Source: Escherichia phage vB_EcoM_G17. From it: a stretch of DNA of 64,000 bases. The notes under the pieces were generated by a model, which was not told the DNA's origin, searched no databases, and worked only from the letters and a program-made list of their open reading frames with translations. This document shows positions 9,514 to 20,276 of this stretch, in pieces. The DNA is taken from sequence record MK327931.1, one strand, 5' to 3'. Within the stretch, counting starts at the first letter, position 1. Every line of letters begins with the position of its first letter. The translations under genes and the position numbers were made by a program.

Positions 9514-10043
9514 AACTTCTCCTTTATAGCTGTCATATTTAGAAGAAATTCAGTAAGCAATTCCTCCGTAACATGCTCTGTATACCAGAATATCACAATA
9601 TCTTTTGAAAGTCGTGTATTCATAAAAATATCTACTAACTCTTTGTAGAACTCTAGTGTTTCGAGATTTGTGAGAATTAACGAGTACTGAAAGAGTAATT
9701 CTTCCGTTAGATTAAATTCTGGATAAAGTAAATCATTGAACTCATGTGATGCAGTTTGAACTTTAATTTCTTTGAAGTTATTGGTTATACAACCGGAATA
9801 AATATTTCGGTGCAACTCTCTGTACAACGCAGCATAATCTATGAATTTTGCTTTAGGGTTAAAATCAAGAACACTTTCACCTTTATATGACAATCGGTGG
9901 AACGCCGAGAACATAGTCACTTCCCACGGTTGCTTAATATCTAGCTCAGTAATATCAATATTATTGGACAGAAGAACCGTAAAAATCTCACCAATCTTTA
10001 ATAGTAACTTAGTACGTGCCAGTGCTACCATCGGGTCAGTCAT
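9507..10043 (-). CDS. hypothetical protein, FamA paralog
   Basis: FamA core EELLFQYSLI. Confidence 0.65.
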   Translation of the reverse strand: MTDPMVALARTKLLLKIGEIFTVLLSNNIDITELDIKQPWEVTMFSAFHRLSYKGESVLDFNPKAKFIDYAALYRELHRNIYSGCITNNFKEIKVQTASHEFNDLLYPEFNLTEELLFQYSLILTNLETLEFYKELVDIFMNTRLSKDIVIFWYTEHVTEELLTEFLLNMTAIKEKLC

Positions 10044-10456
10044 TATACACCTTCATATTCATCAAGAAAATCTTCGATAATCATTTCAGCTTCATCCATA
10101 TGCATAGCATCAACTTCAATGATGCGAACTTTAGATGCATCCCAAATCATAAAGCTAGGAACATTATCAGGCTCGTAGTCATTTTTGTACTGAACAGCAT
10201 CATAACCTTGAGCAGTGCAATTCTCAATAAGTGAACGCCACTCATCATCACTGCCTAAATCTTCACACAGAAGCACGTTATCAACATCAACTTCTAAGGT
10301 ATGCAAGTATACTGTACATGCGTCTACTACGTTCAGTGGGCTTCTCAGCTTGCGTAATGCAGCTTCCAAAGCACTGTGTTTACCTCCCATATGAAGACCA
10401 CCATACGGGATATAAAAGTTATCAATTTTTACAGTACTCGCATGATACAGTTTCAT
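10043..10456 (-). CDS. hypothetical protein (not FamA)
   Basis: ORF track; acidic C-terminus; no family motif. Confidence 0.6.
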   Translation of the reverse strand: MKLYHASTVKIDNFYIPYGGLHMGGKHSALEAALRKLRSPLNVVDACTVYLHTLEVDVDNVLLCEDLGSDDEWRSLIENCTAQGYDAVQYKNDYEPDNVPSFMIWDASKVRIIEVDAMHMDEAEMIIEDFLDEYEGV

Positions 10457-10465
10457 ATTTCATTC

Positions 10466-11050
10466 CTATTTCAGTACTTTAGTCAATGCTTTCACAGCGG
10501 TTTCGAGTTGAGCATAGTCGTTAATTGTAAGGTAATGAATACCATGTGCCTTCATTTCAGCATCTATTTTACTATATAAATCAAACATGTCAAGGATATG
10601 ATTGTATGCATATGAAGTATTTGAAACACACAATTCTTGGAACAAACGTTCTTCCAAGTCATTCACAACTTCTCCATGAATGTCAAGTACTACACCATCT
10701 TTGTAAGTGTAGTACTCTTCACTCCACTCTTCAGAAAGTCGGAACAGTAACGGATTCCCGCCGAACACTTCCATGTCATAGGAATTTATCTCACTAAGTA
10801 GTGTTTCACCTGGTTCTGGTGTGAAGTCAAAATATGCGAGTGTTGTACCATCATAGTCCTTGAGTGATATACCAGTATGATTTAAGGTTACTTCACCATA
10901 ATTATTATTCTTGAACTTGATTTTGATATTAATCTCAATGTATTTTATTGTCTCATCATCACTGAAATTGTAATCAACTTTATACTTTTTCCAAAGAAGT
11001 TTGATATCTTTGAAGTACTTTAATTTACTTTCAATTTCTTTAAAGTCCAT
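10466..11050 (-). CDS. hypothetical protein, FamA paralog
   Basis: FamA core EERLFQELCV. Confidence 0.6.
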   Translation of the reverse strand: MDFKEIESKLKYFKDIKLLWKKYKVDYNFSDDETIKYIEINIKIKFKNNNYGEVTLNHTGISLKDYDGTTLAYFDFTPEPGETLLSEINSYDMEVFGGNPLLFRLSEEWSEEYYTYKDGVVLDIHGEVVNDLEERLFQELCVSNTSYAYNHILDMFDLYSKIDAEMKAHGIHYLTINDYAQLETAVKALTKVLK

Positions 11051-11642
11051 CTGGAACCACCATTTCTTGAATGTGCTTACATTTTATATTTGCCATATTG
11101 GTATGTAATATAATGCTGTGTTTACGCAATGATTTTACTTTGTAGCACTCATTGAGTACTGAAATAATTCCCCATAACTCTTCTACACTAATAGTGATAG
11201 GTTCACTTGTACTCAGTTGCATCAGTGCTGCTTGAACATCATCTTTGTTATTAATAGTGAACTGGATTCCTCTTTTGAGAATTTTAGTTTTTGGATTGTA
11301 CTCAGCTAATACATCACCTTCTGGATAACCCTCATGAAGTAATAATGTTGTTTCAAAATCACCGCAGTTGAAGTTAATTTCATCATAATCAGGTACACAA
11401 ATGTTCCCTTCCCCGTACTCATTAGGTTCAGATTCTAGTGTTAAAATACGCTGAGTCTCATTGCTCAGGATGATAGAATCATTCCAGTACTGGGTAGTGA
11501 ATGCTCTACGTTTCTTTTGAAAGCACATACTCGACATTGAACCATACTTCTTGTATATGGACTTCTTGAACTCAATAGCAGCAGGAGCCACCTTGATAAC
11601 TTCACGAATTAAGTCAATAGCTTCTTGATAACTTTTTCTCAT
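11040..11642 (-). CDS. hypothetical protein
   Basis: ORF track; no clear FamA core. Confidence 0.55.
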   Translation of the reverse strand: MRKSYQEAIDLIREVIKVAPAAIEFKKSIYKKYGSMSSMCFQKKRRAFTTQYWNDSIILSNETQRILTLESEPNEYGEGNICVPDYDEINFNCGDFETTLLLHEGYPEGDVLAEYNPKTKILKRGIQFTINNKDDVQAALMQLSTSEPITISVEELWGIISVLNECYKVKSLRKHSIILHTNMANIKCKHIQEMVVPDGL

Positions 11643-12190
11643 TTATCGTATCCATATAAAATATGATCTAGTGTACTTTGTACTTCTTCATGAAAGAATG
11701 AAGGGTAAACTTGTATCAATTTATCTTTAAGTTCAAGGGAATGGCATAGTTCTAATGTTTTGTAACAATCCTCGTACTGTGCCAGATCATGTAATGTACT
11801 TAACTGAAAATGTTGTTCTTCGGAGTACAATAAATCATAAACCATATTATCGGATAAAAGATTAGATTTGATTGAAGGATCAAGTACTGTCTGGTGGTGA
11901 CCAACCCAAAAGATAGCTTTTGAGTTAATGTTATTACAACCCCATCCTTTCCCCATCTTTTGGTGAATAGCAAATACACAGGAATCATACAAATTAATGC
12001 TCAGACGTTCTTCGTCTGCATGGATAGTTACACCATCAATAGATAGTGTATATTTGAAATCCATAGCCCCCTCACTTCGTGCACGAGAACTAAAGACCAG
12101 ATATCGATGAATTATGGTATTGATTTTATCTGTCCATCCATCAACACATTTGGATGCACATAATGTAAAAAGATCATGATTGTAGTTCAT
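11639..12190 (-). CDS. hypothetical protein, FamA paralog
   Basis: FamA core EEQHFQLSTLH. Confidence 0.65.
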   Translation of the reverse strand: MNYNHDLFTLCASKCVDGWTDKINTIIHRYLVFSSRARSEGAMDFKYTLSIDGVTIHADEERLSINLYDSCVFAIHQKMGKGWGCNNINSKAIFWVGHHQTVLDPSIKSNLLSDNMVYDLLYSEEQHFQLSTLHDLAQYEDCYKTLELCHSLELKDKLIQVYPSFFHEEVQSTLDHILYGYDK

Positions 12191-12251
12191 AAAATTCTCC
12201 TTTAGGACAATGTATCATACAAAAATACCAGAGTCAACCCCTGGTACGAAT

Positions 12252-12833
12252 TTAATCCATCATAAGTGGGATAATTGCCCATATCTTTTTCATAATCATA
12301 TCTTCAGTAAAAACAAATGTTTTAGGAGCAGTATATGATATTGACACACCAAATGGAAGTTTGATTGCATCATCAATTATATTATGAATATCAAACCATG
12401 TTTTAACATAATCATACGGTGGAAGTTCATGAATTGTACTTAACTGAAAGTAATTCTCTTCACCAAAATCACTATATTCAATTTCACAAATTTTAGTGAA
12501 TTGATGATTCCATTTAGATATAATACTATTTTTATTATTGTACATAGTAGTTCTATGCATAAAACCATTTTTGCTAGTATGATTTGATATTACGTTTTCT
12601 TCAATGTCAGTATCTATTTTAAAATTCATATCAAAGTTGTAGTACGGACTTGACGATTCTTTGAATTTTAAATGTAAATTGCGATTGTTATTAATTTCAA
12701 TTTCAATACAAAACACATCTGAATCAAAACGATTAAACTTGTAATCGTTATCTTCCGGTAGATTCTGTATTTTTTTCATAATACTAAGCATAGGGTGTAC
12801 TACACTTTTAATAAAATCATTTGTTATTTTCAT
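12252..12833 (-). CDS. hypothetical protein, FamA paralog
   Basis: FamA core EENYFQLSTIH. Confidence 0.65.
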   Translation of the reverse strand: MKITNDFIKSVVHPMLSIMKKIQNLPEDNDYKFNRFDSDVFCIEIEINNNRNLHLKFKESSSPYYNFDMNFKIDTDIEENVISNHTSKNGFMHRTTMYNNKNSIISKWNHQFTKICEIEYSDFGEENYFQLSTIHELPPYDYVKTWFDIHNIIDDAIKLPFGVSISYTAPKTFVFTEDMIMKKIWAIIPLMMD

Positions 12834-13326
12834 AGTATTCCTTTAGAACTTTATATGATTCAACAATACTATCTTGTGTATAATTTGAACTATATACAAC
12901 AGCACTTGTTTTAGTTGACCATAGATATGACATAAAGGTTATAACACTACTACATGGACTTAATGTATTGTTTTGAAATTCAATTTCTTCAATGTTATCA
13001 GTACTGGTATAGATGAATTGGAAAGTACCCATTGATTTATTGGACAGCGATACTATAGTAGAATCCGTACCAGGACTATACATGAATGTCTCATTACTAA
13101 TTGAACTATCATTAGTATATGATGGTTTGGGAATATAAATCAAACGCATGATATCGCGTTCAAGACCTGACTTATTACTTTCCACCAAAGAAATCATATC
13201 TATATTTGATATATGTTCAACACTGACATGGAACTTTTTGTCGAGAATCACATCTCCATGAGAATTTTTATATGAAGACAAAATCTCATACATCTCAACT
13301 AATTCGCGTGCATTTAATAAACTCAT
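12817..13326 (-). CDS. hypothetical protein, FamA paralog
   Basis: FamA core EEIEFQNNTL. Confidence 0.6.
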   Translation of the reverse strand: MSLLNARELVEMYEILSSYKNSHGDVILDKKFHVSVEHISNIDMISLVESNKSGLERDIMRLIYIPKPSYTNDSSISNETFMYSPGTDSTIVSLSNKSMGTFQFIYTSTDNIEEIEFQNNTLSPCSSVITFMSYLWSTKTSAVVYSSNYTQDSIVESYKVLKEYYENNK

Positions 13327-13751
13327 GTTTTGTCTCTTAATGAAAGAATATCCTTAGTATAAACTGAAACAGAAATATGATTATATTTCATCATTAATTT
13401 ATACACATAAGAAGCTAGTACTAAATCGTAAATTAATTTAGTATTATACAGTACTTGGTATTGTAACGCAAGTGAATCAATATCATCTTTACTTTCAATA
13501 TCCAGAAATGTACCGAAAAATGTAGTACCGTAGAGATGAAAAGTGGAATTAATGCAATCAATGCATTCATTGTCCAATAGAGTAGATGCTGATGCCCTCG
13601 GTGAATCCCAAATAGTCACTGCGTGTATGCCCTCAACGAACAAATCTATCCATATTTTGTGTCGTTGTCTTTTTTTTGTTTTATAATTTTCTGGATTTGA
13701 AAGTGTAGTTTCAATTATATCCCATATGTACAAACAATCATCTCTTGTCAT
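13323..13751 (-). CDS. hypothetical protein
   Basis: ORF track; ATGA coupling; no clear FamA core. Confidence 0.55.
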   Translation of the reverse strand: MTRDDCLYIWDIIETTLSNPENYKTKKRQRHKIWIDLFVEGIHAVTIWDSPRASASTLLDNECIDCINSTFHLYGTTFFGTFLDIESKDDIDSLALQYQVLYNTKLIYDLVLASYVYKLMMKYNHISVSVYTKDILSLRDKT

Positions 13752-14329
13752 TATATAACCTTATCCATTGCTGCATTTAATGCTTTTAAACGATCTACAT
13801 TCAAATTATTGAAGATGTACGTTCCTAACATGTGGAAATCGAACTGGTTCTTTTTGTATTCATGATAAATTAAACTACAAAAAATAATAGTACTAAGAAC
13901 CTCTTCAGGTATAACAGTGCTCATCTGGAACAGTTCTTCTTCAACTGTACTTGAATCTGGATTGATAGATTTTAACACATACTCTTCATCACCGAATAGT
14001 ACTTTAATATTATATAAAACACCAACAGTACTAATATGGAATGGGTGGTGTGAAAAACTTCCATCATCCTTAATTTGTATATCGGTTCTAATCTCACACT
14101 CTTCATTACTTTTACTTTTATTTTTTACAATACAAATATTTCTGGCCCCAGAAATAGTAAGAATACCGTGGTCGTAATATTCATTTGACCAACATTTGGA
14201 TGAAATTGATACATCACGGATGAGATATTGTTTTTCAATTTCTTTCGCACTACCAACAATTGATAGCATTTTTTTACTGATATCATATAATAACTGATGG
14301 CGTTCTGTCATATAACTATAAGCGTTCAT
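13751..14329 (-). CDS. hypothetical protein, FamA paralog
   Basis: FamA core EEELFQMSTVI. Confidence 0.65.
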   Translation of the reverse strand: MNAYSYMTERHQLLYDISKKMLSIVGSAKEIEKQYLIRDVSISSKCWSNEYYDHGILTISGARNICIVKNKSKSNEECEIRTDIQIKDDGSFSHHPFHISTVGVLYNIKVLFGDEEYVLKSINPDSSTVEEELFQMSTVIPEEVLSTIIFCSLIYHEYKKNQFDFHMLGTYIFNNLNVDRLKALNAAMDKVI

Positions 14330-14900
14330 ATTTTTCCTTAACAGATTCTATATTTTGAAGTAGTGTATTCAGAACATCAGTCTTGCAATTGATAAAATCA
14401 TTGTACATAACTAGTTCACCACAATCAAGAATTTTTGCAGTATCGTAACAAAGCATTAAGTACTCGAATTCTTTGTAATTGTCCAACAAGGATTTCTGGA
14501 AAATGAATGCATCTCGAATATCTTCACTTTGGTCTAATTCTGGTGGAACATCCAACCCAATAAATCCATCATCTTCACTGAAATTAGATTCTACAATTTT
14601 ATTCATTTTTTCATGTAATGCATTCGCAAATACCATATTAGAAGAAATAGAACCAATACGTTCACGATTTCTGGATGTGCGAATGTACATAGTAATCGTA
14701 TCCCATGAACTTTTAATTTTTTTAGAAAATTCATAAGTTTTATATACATCCAACTGAACTGATCCAAAACGATGTTTGGATTTGTTTTCAATTTTCAGTC
14801 GATAATCATCAAATTCAACAATTTCTGTAATGTCATGAATCTCTGAAAGTTCTGCAATGTCATGCATGAGTCTCAAAATTTTAGTTCTGATATGGTTCAT
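14316..14900 (-). CDS. hypothetical protein, FamA paralog
   Basis: FamA core DAFIFQKSLL. Confidence 0.65.
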   Translation of the reverse strand: MNHIRTKILRLMHDIAELSEIHDITEIVEFDDYRLKIENKSKHRFGSVQLDVYKTYEFSKKIKSSWDTITMYIRTSRNRERIGSISSNMVFANALHEKMNKIVESNFSEDDGFIGLDVPPELDQSEDIRDAFIFQKSLLDNYKEFEYLMLCYDTAKILDCGELVMYNDFINCKTDVLNTLLQNIESVKEKYERL

Positions 14901-15463
14901 TGTGCATCCTCGAATTTAACAGGTACATGTTCATTAATGAAATTCTTAAGAGCCTGTACTAAATCCTCTAATTCTTTTGTACTGTATTTTAAAATAGTTT
15001 TAAAGTGAATCAAATCTTTTCTTTCCATGATCTTTGGAATTTTATATGCTAACTCTAAACAGCGTACAGTACTGGCATCATACAAAAGGTTTGCGTTGAA
15101 CATTAGAACATTGTATTCATCAGATGAAATTTTATAATTATATGTATCAATCACTTCATGTGTGTATAAATTCTTATACACAATTTTATTCTCACTGAAG
15201 TTTGAGCAAACACACAGATGATCGTTGTAAAATGAAGAACGATAATCTTGTTTACGTTGTACATCTGCTATGATTTGTAATACTGTATATTTTTCTTCAG
15301 AATCCAACTCAATGTTTGCATAACTGCTCGCAGTTTCAGATACAAGGATATTGATGTTATATTTCTCATTAACTTTAATGTACTGGCGTGAGCCAGTATC
15401 AGGAATGAACTTAAAACAATGCTTCAGAAGTAATGTGACTTCTTTAATTAATTCAGTACTCAT
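14897..15463 (-). CDS. hypothetical protein, divergent FamA-like
   Basis: ORF-track start is TTG; trimmed to ATG (MSTELIKEV) with GGAGGA SD. Confidence 0.55.
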   Translation of the reverse strand: MSTELIKEVTLLLKHCFKFIPDTGSRQYIKVNEKYNINILVSETASSYANIELDSEEKYTVLQIIADVQRKQDYRSSFYNDHLCVCSNFSENKIVYKNLYTHEVIDTYNYKISSDEYNVLMFNANLLYDASTVRCLELAYKIPKIMERKDLIHFKTILKYSTKELEDLVQALKNFINEHVPVKFEDAQ

Positions 15464-15490
15464 AGATTCCTCCAACTCTAGTTAAAATCA

Positions 15491-15519
15491 AGTATAACAC
15501 ACCTGAATGCTCTTGTAAA
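15491..15519 (-). promoter_or_regulatory. internal sigma70-like promoter
   Basis: -35 TTTACA, 17-bp spacer, -10 TATACT upstream of 14897..15463. Confidence 0.45.
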
Positions 15520-15528
15520 GCCATAAAC

Positions 15529-15550
15529 ACAAAAAGACCCATACGGGTCT
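15529..15550 (-). terminator. intra-array rho-independent terminator
   Basis: Hairpin GACCCGTATGGGTC with U-run on minus strand immediately after stop of 15551..16117. Confidence 0.6.
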
Positions 15551-16117
15551 TTATTTTGGTAAAACACTGTCGATGTACGCTAGAACCTCATCTCGAAGGT
15601 ACGTTCCATCTATAGTTAGGTAATAGTTCATGGGAATATCACTCCCAACCTTCTCATAAATTTTCATACATGATATCACATCTTCATCACAAATGGTACT
15701 CAATTGAAAAATAACTTCATCGGTTAACGGTACGATATCATGTTTAGATAGGGGATTTGTATTTTCATTCAACACAATATTAATCAAGTTAGGAGTATTC
15801 TTTGACGAAATATAACGATGCTTACTACGAATTACCATTCTCGATAGTGAAATACTGGAACTCCATCTTGGATCAACATCTTCATATGATAACGATATTA
15901 ACATCTCGTGAAAATCTTGAAATTTCATTGACGCATAATATGTTTTATCCTCACCGTACATACCAAATGATTTAAATTCAATATCCCCCACTTTGTATGT
16001 ATCGACATCATTATTTGAGAACTTTATTAAACTATTAATTAGTCTAATTAGAATATCATCTTTATCCATTCTTAAATAACTCCAAGTGCATGTCGTATAA
16101 ATCTCTGAAGTCTTCAT
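15551..16117 (-). CDS. hypothetical protein, FamA paralog
   Basis: FamA core DEVIFQLSTI. Confidence 0.65.
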   Translation of the reverse strand: MKTSEIYTTCTWSYLRMDKDDILIRLINSLIKFSNNDVDTYKVGDIEFKSFGMYGEDKTYYASMKFQDFHEMLISLSYEDVDPRWSSSISLSRMVIRSKHRYISSKNTPNLINIVLNENTNPLSKHDIVPLTDEVIFQLSTICDEDVISCMKIYEKVGSDIPMNYYLTIDGTYLRDEVLAYIDSVLPK

Positions 16118-16625
16118 AGAAATCTTTTTCTTCGAGAATATTCTTTAAACTGGGAATCTCTTCCATAATTTCATCTATATCTGATTCTATGAAAAATCCT
16201 GATGGATTATCGTAGTTTTGTAACAGATAACTGAAAGTAATAATGTAAAGAAGTTCATTAGGATTGTGAATTAAACTTAGCTGGAACATAGCTGATTCTA
16301 AATCTGATTCAGTACTAAGATCAACCCAACGTGAATTTCTATAATCAATTCGTACTTGACTTGTATTTGGATTCCATGTGAAGCAATGTGTACCAATATG
16401 ACCTATACAACCAACCCTTGTACTGTCTCCGGTATCAACACTGATATCAACAAATAGTTCAATACCGATATCGGTTGATGTTACACGACCTTTTTTCAGA
16501 AATAAATCATTATCCTTACGAAATTGTTTGGATGAAAGAGTGTCAATGATGCACATCAATGTTTTTGCAAATGCAACACAATGACGAAATTCAAGCCTAT
16601 GAAATTGGTAATCATTGATATTCAT
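16062..16625 (-). CDS. hypothetical protein, FamA paralog
   Basis: FamA core ESAMFQLSLIH; start approximate. Confidence 0.6.
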   Translation of the reverse strand: MNINDYQFHRLEFRHCVAFAKTLMCIIDTLSSKQFRKDNDLFLKKGRVTSTDIGIELFVDISVDTGDSTRVGCIGHIGTHCFTWNPNTSQVRIDYRNSRWVDLSTESDLESAMFQLSLIHNPNELLYIITFSYLLQNYDNPSGFFIESDIDEIMEEIPSLKNILEEKDFYEDFRDLYDMHLELFKNG

Positions 16626-17164
16626 AATTCAACCCTCAATATTTTATCAGCAATAGATATAACCTTATCATTGAATACATTACCAATCTCAATCCTTATA
16701 TACATAGCAGGTGGAATCTTTCCTTGTAGTGAATAATATGTTTGTATACCTAAGTACTCATTATCTGATAATGAAAATTTGATTCTCTCCATATCAATGT
16801 CTGTTACTGGTAAATCTATCATTTCATAATGGTAGTCAACGTTTTCATTGTATATTTTATCGAAGTAATTTGAATAATCACTACTAATGTAGATGCTATC
16901 ATCACGAATAATTACTTTATAATCAGAAGGTTCAAATTTATCTTTACAGGAAAAGAATGCATCATCTATTTTCTCTTCTCTTATGCCAAATAACATTCTA
17001 CCATCATATTTTACATCAAGAATACTACCTAGTATATTAATGGTACAATGCTCATCAATATTATGATGTAATGAACGTTTTTTGTATTTTGGGTTAATGA
17101 AAATTTTCATTAATTTTATACAAATTTCAGTAATGCATTTTACATTCTCATTTTCTATGTACAT
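16622..17164 (-). CDS. hypothetical protein
   Basis: ORF track; ATGA coupling; no clear FamA core. Confidence 0.55.
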   Translation of the reverse strand: MYIENENVKCITEICIKLMKIFINPKYKKRSLHHNIDEHCTINILGSILDVKYDGRMLFGIREEKIDDAFFSCKDKFEPSDYKVIIRDDSIYISSDYSNYFDKIYNENVDYHYEMIDLPVTDIDMERIKFSLSDNEYLGIQTYYSLQGKIPPAMYIRIEIGNVFNDKVISIADKILRVEL

Positions 17165-17651
17165 TAAAAGCCCTCTTTAATTCTTTTACATTTTTAATGA
17201 ATACTTTCATTGCAGAAATCTCAAAAGATAATGTATTAAATTTGCAGTACTTTTTAAAGTACGACATAATATATAACATTTTGAGTTCTTTTTCTGTATA
17301 AATTAAACTGTTTTGAAAGTAACTTTCTTCGGAAATGTCCGTAAGAAAAGAATAAAATGTATTTTGCTTGTGCACAATTTTAATACTATCAGACCAAGAT
17401 TTGTATGAAACGTAATCAGTACGTGCAAAATCATATAGTGAATTAGATGTATCTGTGTATGTTTCCGAGAACACAATCTTATATATCTTATCTTGAATTC
17501 GAGAACATATGTACCTATGGTCATCTGTCTCACTGATTGCAATGTATCTATGGAGTAAATCTTTATGAGCATTGATGAACTCAAACACTTCTAAACACTC
17601 CCTAGCGAACTTCATAGTTTCTCTGTACTTTCGGTTCATTAGTCTCTCCAA
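17148..17651 (-). CDS. hypothetical protein, FamA paralog
   Basis: FamA core EESYFQNSLIY. Confidence 0.65.
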   Translation of the reverse strand: MERLMNRKYRETMKFARECLEVFEFINAHKDLLHRYIAISETDDHRYICSRIQDKIYKIVFSETYTDTSNSLYDFARTDYVSYKSWSDSIKIVHKQNTFYSFLTDISEESYFQNSLIYTEKELKMLYIMSYFKKYCKFNTLSFEISAMKVFIKNVKELKRAFNVHRK

Positions 17652-18052
17652 ACTTTACCAGGGAAGTGTTTCTCGTAGTACTCATCATCACTTAACATAT
17701 AATCAGGAGTTTCTACTTCTATGGTTTTGAAGATTGTTTCTGGAATGTGTGTGACTTTATTGGGTTGTACTTTATGTTCGCGTAAAACCTTCTGTATCGC
17801 TCCTAGACGTTGTAAATCGATACATGTAGGAAAGACTAAGCTGTACTGAAATAACTCATCAGGGGTCATTATAGACACATCTTTAGCTTGTTTGATTTGA
17901 TAATTAGTACTAATGAATATATCAAATCCTTGTACAGCATTATAGCTTACATAGGTTGTTTTATTTTTGTCAATAGGAGCACTTAAACGATATCCATATA
18001 TCCCGTGTTGGTCAACAACACAACGTTGCATAATTTTAATCATTTCTAACAT
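17639..18052 (-). CDS. hypothetical protein, FamA paralog
   Basis: FamA core PDELFQYSLVF. Confidence 0.65.
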   Translation of the reverse strand: MLEMIKIMQRCVVDQHGIYGYRLSAPIDKNKTTYVSYNAVQGFDIFISTNYQIKQAKDVSIMTPDELFQYSLVFPTCIDLQRLGAIQKVLREHKVQPNKVTHIPETIFKTIEVETPDYMLSDDEYYEKHFPGKVWRD

Positions 18053-18398
18053 AATTTACCTCATATGTATTGTAACACCACGGTTTAACAATATCGATTT
18101 GTATATCATTTGCTTCATGAAAATGTTTAAGTACCTTCTGGTATTCCATTATTTCGTACACATCTTCAGTACTGATAGTGCTCTGCTGAAACAATTCCTC
18201 TTCTGATAAAGTACTATAATCAGGGATTTTTATTTCTGAATATATATCATTTATCTTTCCATTATATTGATAAATCTGGATATAAAATTGATTGTATTCT
18301 GGAATATAGGTCACATAATGGTTGTGGTTGATTACATATCTTGAAACAAAGTATTCAGTACCATCAGTCATGTACTGAATTGTTGTCGTATTTTTCAT
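18036..18398 (-). CDS. hypothetical protein, FamA paralog
   Basis: FamA core EEELFQQSTIS. Confidence 0.65.
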   Translation of the reverse strand: MKNTTTIQYMTDGTEYFVSRYVINHNHYVTYIPEYNQFYIQIYQYNGKINDIYSEIKIPDYSTLSEEELFQQSTISTEDVYEIMEYQKVLKHFHEANDIQIDIVKPWCYNTYEVNYVRND

Positions 18399-18858
18399 TC
18401 AAATAATCCACGCATTTATAGTATACTACTAAATCTAAAAAGAATCGTTGTTTGTATTTGTAATGATGAAGTAGTGCACCATAAAATAACATAGCATTAA
18501 GTACTTTTACATCATGAATACAAGAACCCTGAAAGTACATTTCCTCTGACATGAACACTAAATCATCATACTTAACAAATACTGCTTCTCTATAATTGTC
18601 AATATTAATCTTCAAATCAGACCCAGGGCAATATGAAATGTATCCGGCTTTGTAATGAAAGTCATTGTCATCAAAGTACTCGGCATAGATTTGATTACCT
18701 CTTTCATTAGTAAACGCAAGTCTTCCTTTGGATGAACTAAACTCATCGTATTCGAACATACCACCAAATGGGTCAGGACTTCTGAACTCCTTTGCAATGC
18801 GATAGATATTTTCTGCAAATTCTAAAACACCATCGTAATCATATTCTGTAGTAATCAT
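18364..18858 (-). CDS. hypothetical protein, FamA paralog
   Basis: FamA core EEMYFQGSCIH. Confidence 0.65.
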   Translation of the reverse strand: MITTEYDYDGVLEFAENIYRIAKEFRSPDPFGGMFEYDEFSSSKGRLAFTNERGNQIYAEYFDDNDFHYKAGYISYCPGSDLKINIDNYREAVFVKYDDLVFMSEEMYFQGSCIHDVKVLNAMLFYGALLHHYKYKQRFFLDLVVYYKCVDYLNEKYDNNSVHD

Positions 18859-19331
18859 AAACCATTTTTCTCCAGGTACTCAATAATACAATCGAGATTG
18901 TTCAGGTCCAAGTAGAAATGATCACTATCTGAATTTAGTTCATTTTTAAGGGCAGTGTAAATCACTGAACTGAAAACAATCCTCTCTGGATACACAGTAC
19001 TGTACTGGAAGAACTCTTCTTCAGTGTTAATTTCAGCCGTATCAAATCCTTCATTTATAAGATGATGATTGTAGTATTTGAAATTATCTGAACTTGGGAA
19101 ATGGTATGAAATAAAATCACCACTTGGTACTTCATCAAGCACTCTAATACTACAAGTTGATTCATCTGAACTATAGAGTAACCCATCCATAAAGGAAAGG
19201 TATCCATTTCGTTTTTTGACTGTATGTTTGCCTACGGAAAAATCTTCAGTAACATTTGTAAGGAATTTATAAACCCTGATAATGTCTTTTGCTATTTTTT
19301 GTGCATTGCTAAATGATAGGTCTTTGGACAT
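18855..19331 (-). CDS. hypothetical protein, FamA paralog
   Basis: FamA core EEEFFQYSTVY. Confidence 0.7.
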   Translation of the reverse strand: MSKDLSFSNAQKIAKDIIRVYKFLTNVTEDFSVGKHTVKKRNGYLSFMDGLLYSSDESTCSIRVLDEVPSGDFISYHFPSSDNFKYYNHHLINEGFDTAEINTEEEFFQYSTVYPERIVFSSVIYTALKNELNSDSDHFYLDLNNLDCIIEYLEKNGL

Positions 19332-19364
19332 TGTGATATAACCCTTTACAATTAATATAAAGAG

Positions 19365-19394
19365 ATTATATCACAAAGAATCGGAGGGTGTCAA
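19365..19394 (-). promoter_or_regulatory. internal sigma70-like promoter
   Basis: -35 TTGACA about 19389-19394, -10 TATAAT about 19365-19370; AT-rich inverted repeat TGTGATATAA/TTATATCACA between -10 and start of 18855..19331. Confidence 0.4.
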
Positions 19395-19975
19395 GATGGG
19401 TTGCGAAGTTCTACCATTTCTTTCCAAACTAATTGGTAATCTTCTAAGTCCAGATAGAAGTCTTCATTCCAGTGCTCATGAAAGTACTTATACATGAATA
19501 GAACTCCTAAATCGTATGCAGGAAACAATAATGATAGTTGAAAGTAGTATTCCTGATTTAAAACTATATCAATAAACTCTAATGTACGTATGCCACCTTT
19601 CGATGAACGTATCTCAATGTGTGAGGTATCCTTCATACTGTAACACATGAAACCACCTCTAAATTCTGGATCATATTCACATTCGAACTGCTCACTGTTG
19701 TTATAGAAATCTCTCCCACTTTCTTGATCTTTCGGTCTACGTACTGATACATGAATATTTTTATCACGGTACATTGAACGATTTAGTATTTTCAAACATT
19801 TGAACTTATCTTCTTTAATGAACTTGATAATATCAATTATATCTTGTGCTGTACTGATAGCTGATTCGAATGTATCCAACTTAAGATGATTATATTGGGT
19901 TCCAGAGTTCATTTTTTTATCTAACATATAAACCTCATAATTCATACATTTTTGATTTGAACTGCATATGACCAC
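19391..19975 (-). CDS. hypothetical protein, FamA paralog
   Basis: FamA core QEYYFQLSLLF. Confidence 0.65.
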   Translation of the reverse strand: MVICSSNQKCMNYEVYMLDKKMNSGTQYNHLKLDTFESAISTAQDIIDIIKFIKEDKFKCLKILNRSMYRDKNIHVSVRRPKDQESGRDFYNNSEQFECEYDPEFRGGFMCYSMKDTSHIEIRSSKGGIRTLEFIDIVLNQEYYFQLSLLFPAYDLGVLFMYKYFHEHWNEDFYLDLEDYQLVWKEMVELRNPS

Positions 19976-20276
19976 CTATTTCACATGGATAACAATTCAT
20001 AATTTTGTTCAATAGAATCTGGTATTTTTTAATAACTTCTATATCAATTTTTATATTACTATTAAAAACTAATGATTCTTGAAATAATTCCCCCTCGTCA
20101 AGTGAAGTAAAATCATTTATCTTCAAGGGTATATTGTTGCATCGCAAGGAGAATGTATTTTCATCACGAATTAAAGTATAGAAATCATTATGTTTTTTAT
20201 TATAATCAAATTTAACAAGTAGTAGTTTAATATGAGTAGCGTACATTACTTTAACTAATTCAGATTCACGTCGCAT
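19935..20276 (-). CDS. hypothetical protein, FamA paralog
   Basis: FamA core EGELFQESLVF. Confidence 0.6.
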   Translation of the reverse strand: MRRESELVKVMYATHIKLLLVKFDYNKKHNDFYTLIRDENTFSLRCNNIPLKINDFTSLDEGELFQESLVFNSNIKIDIEVIKKYQILLNKIMNCYPCEIGGHMQFKSKMYEL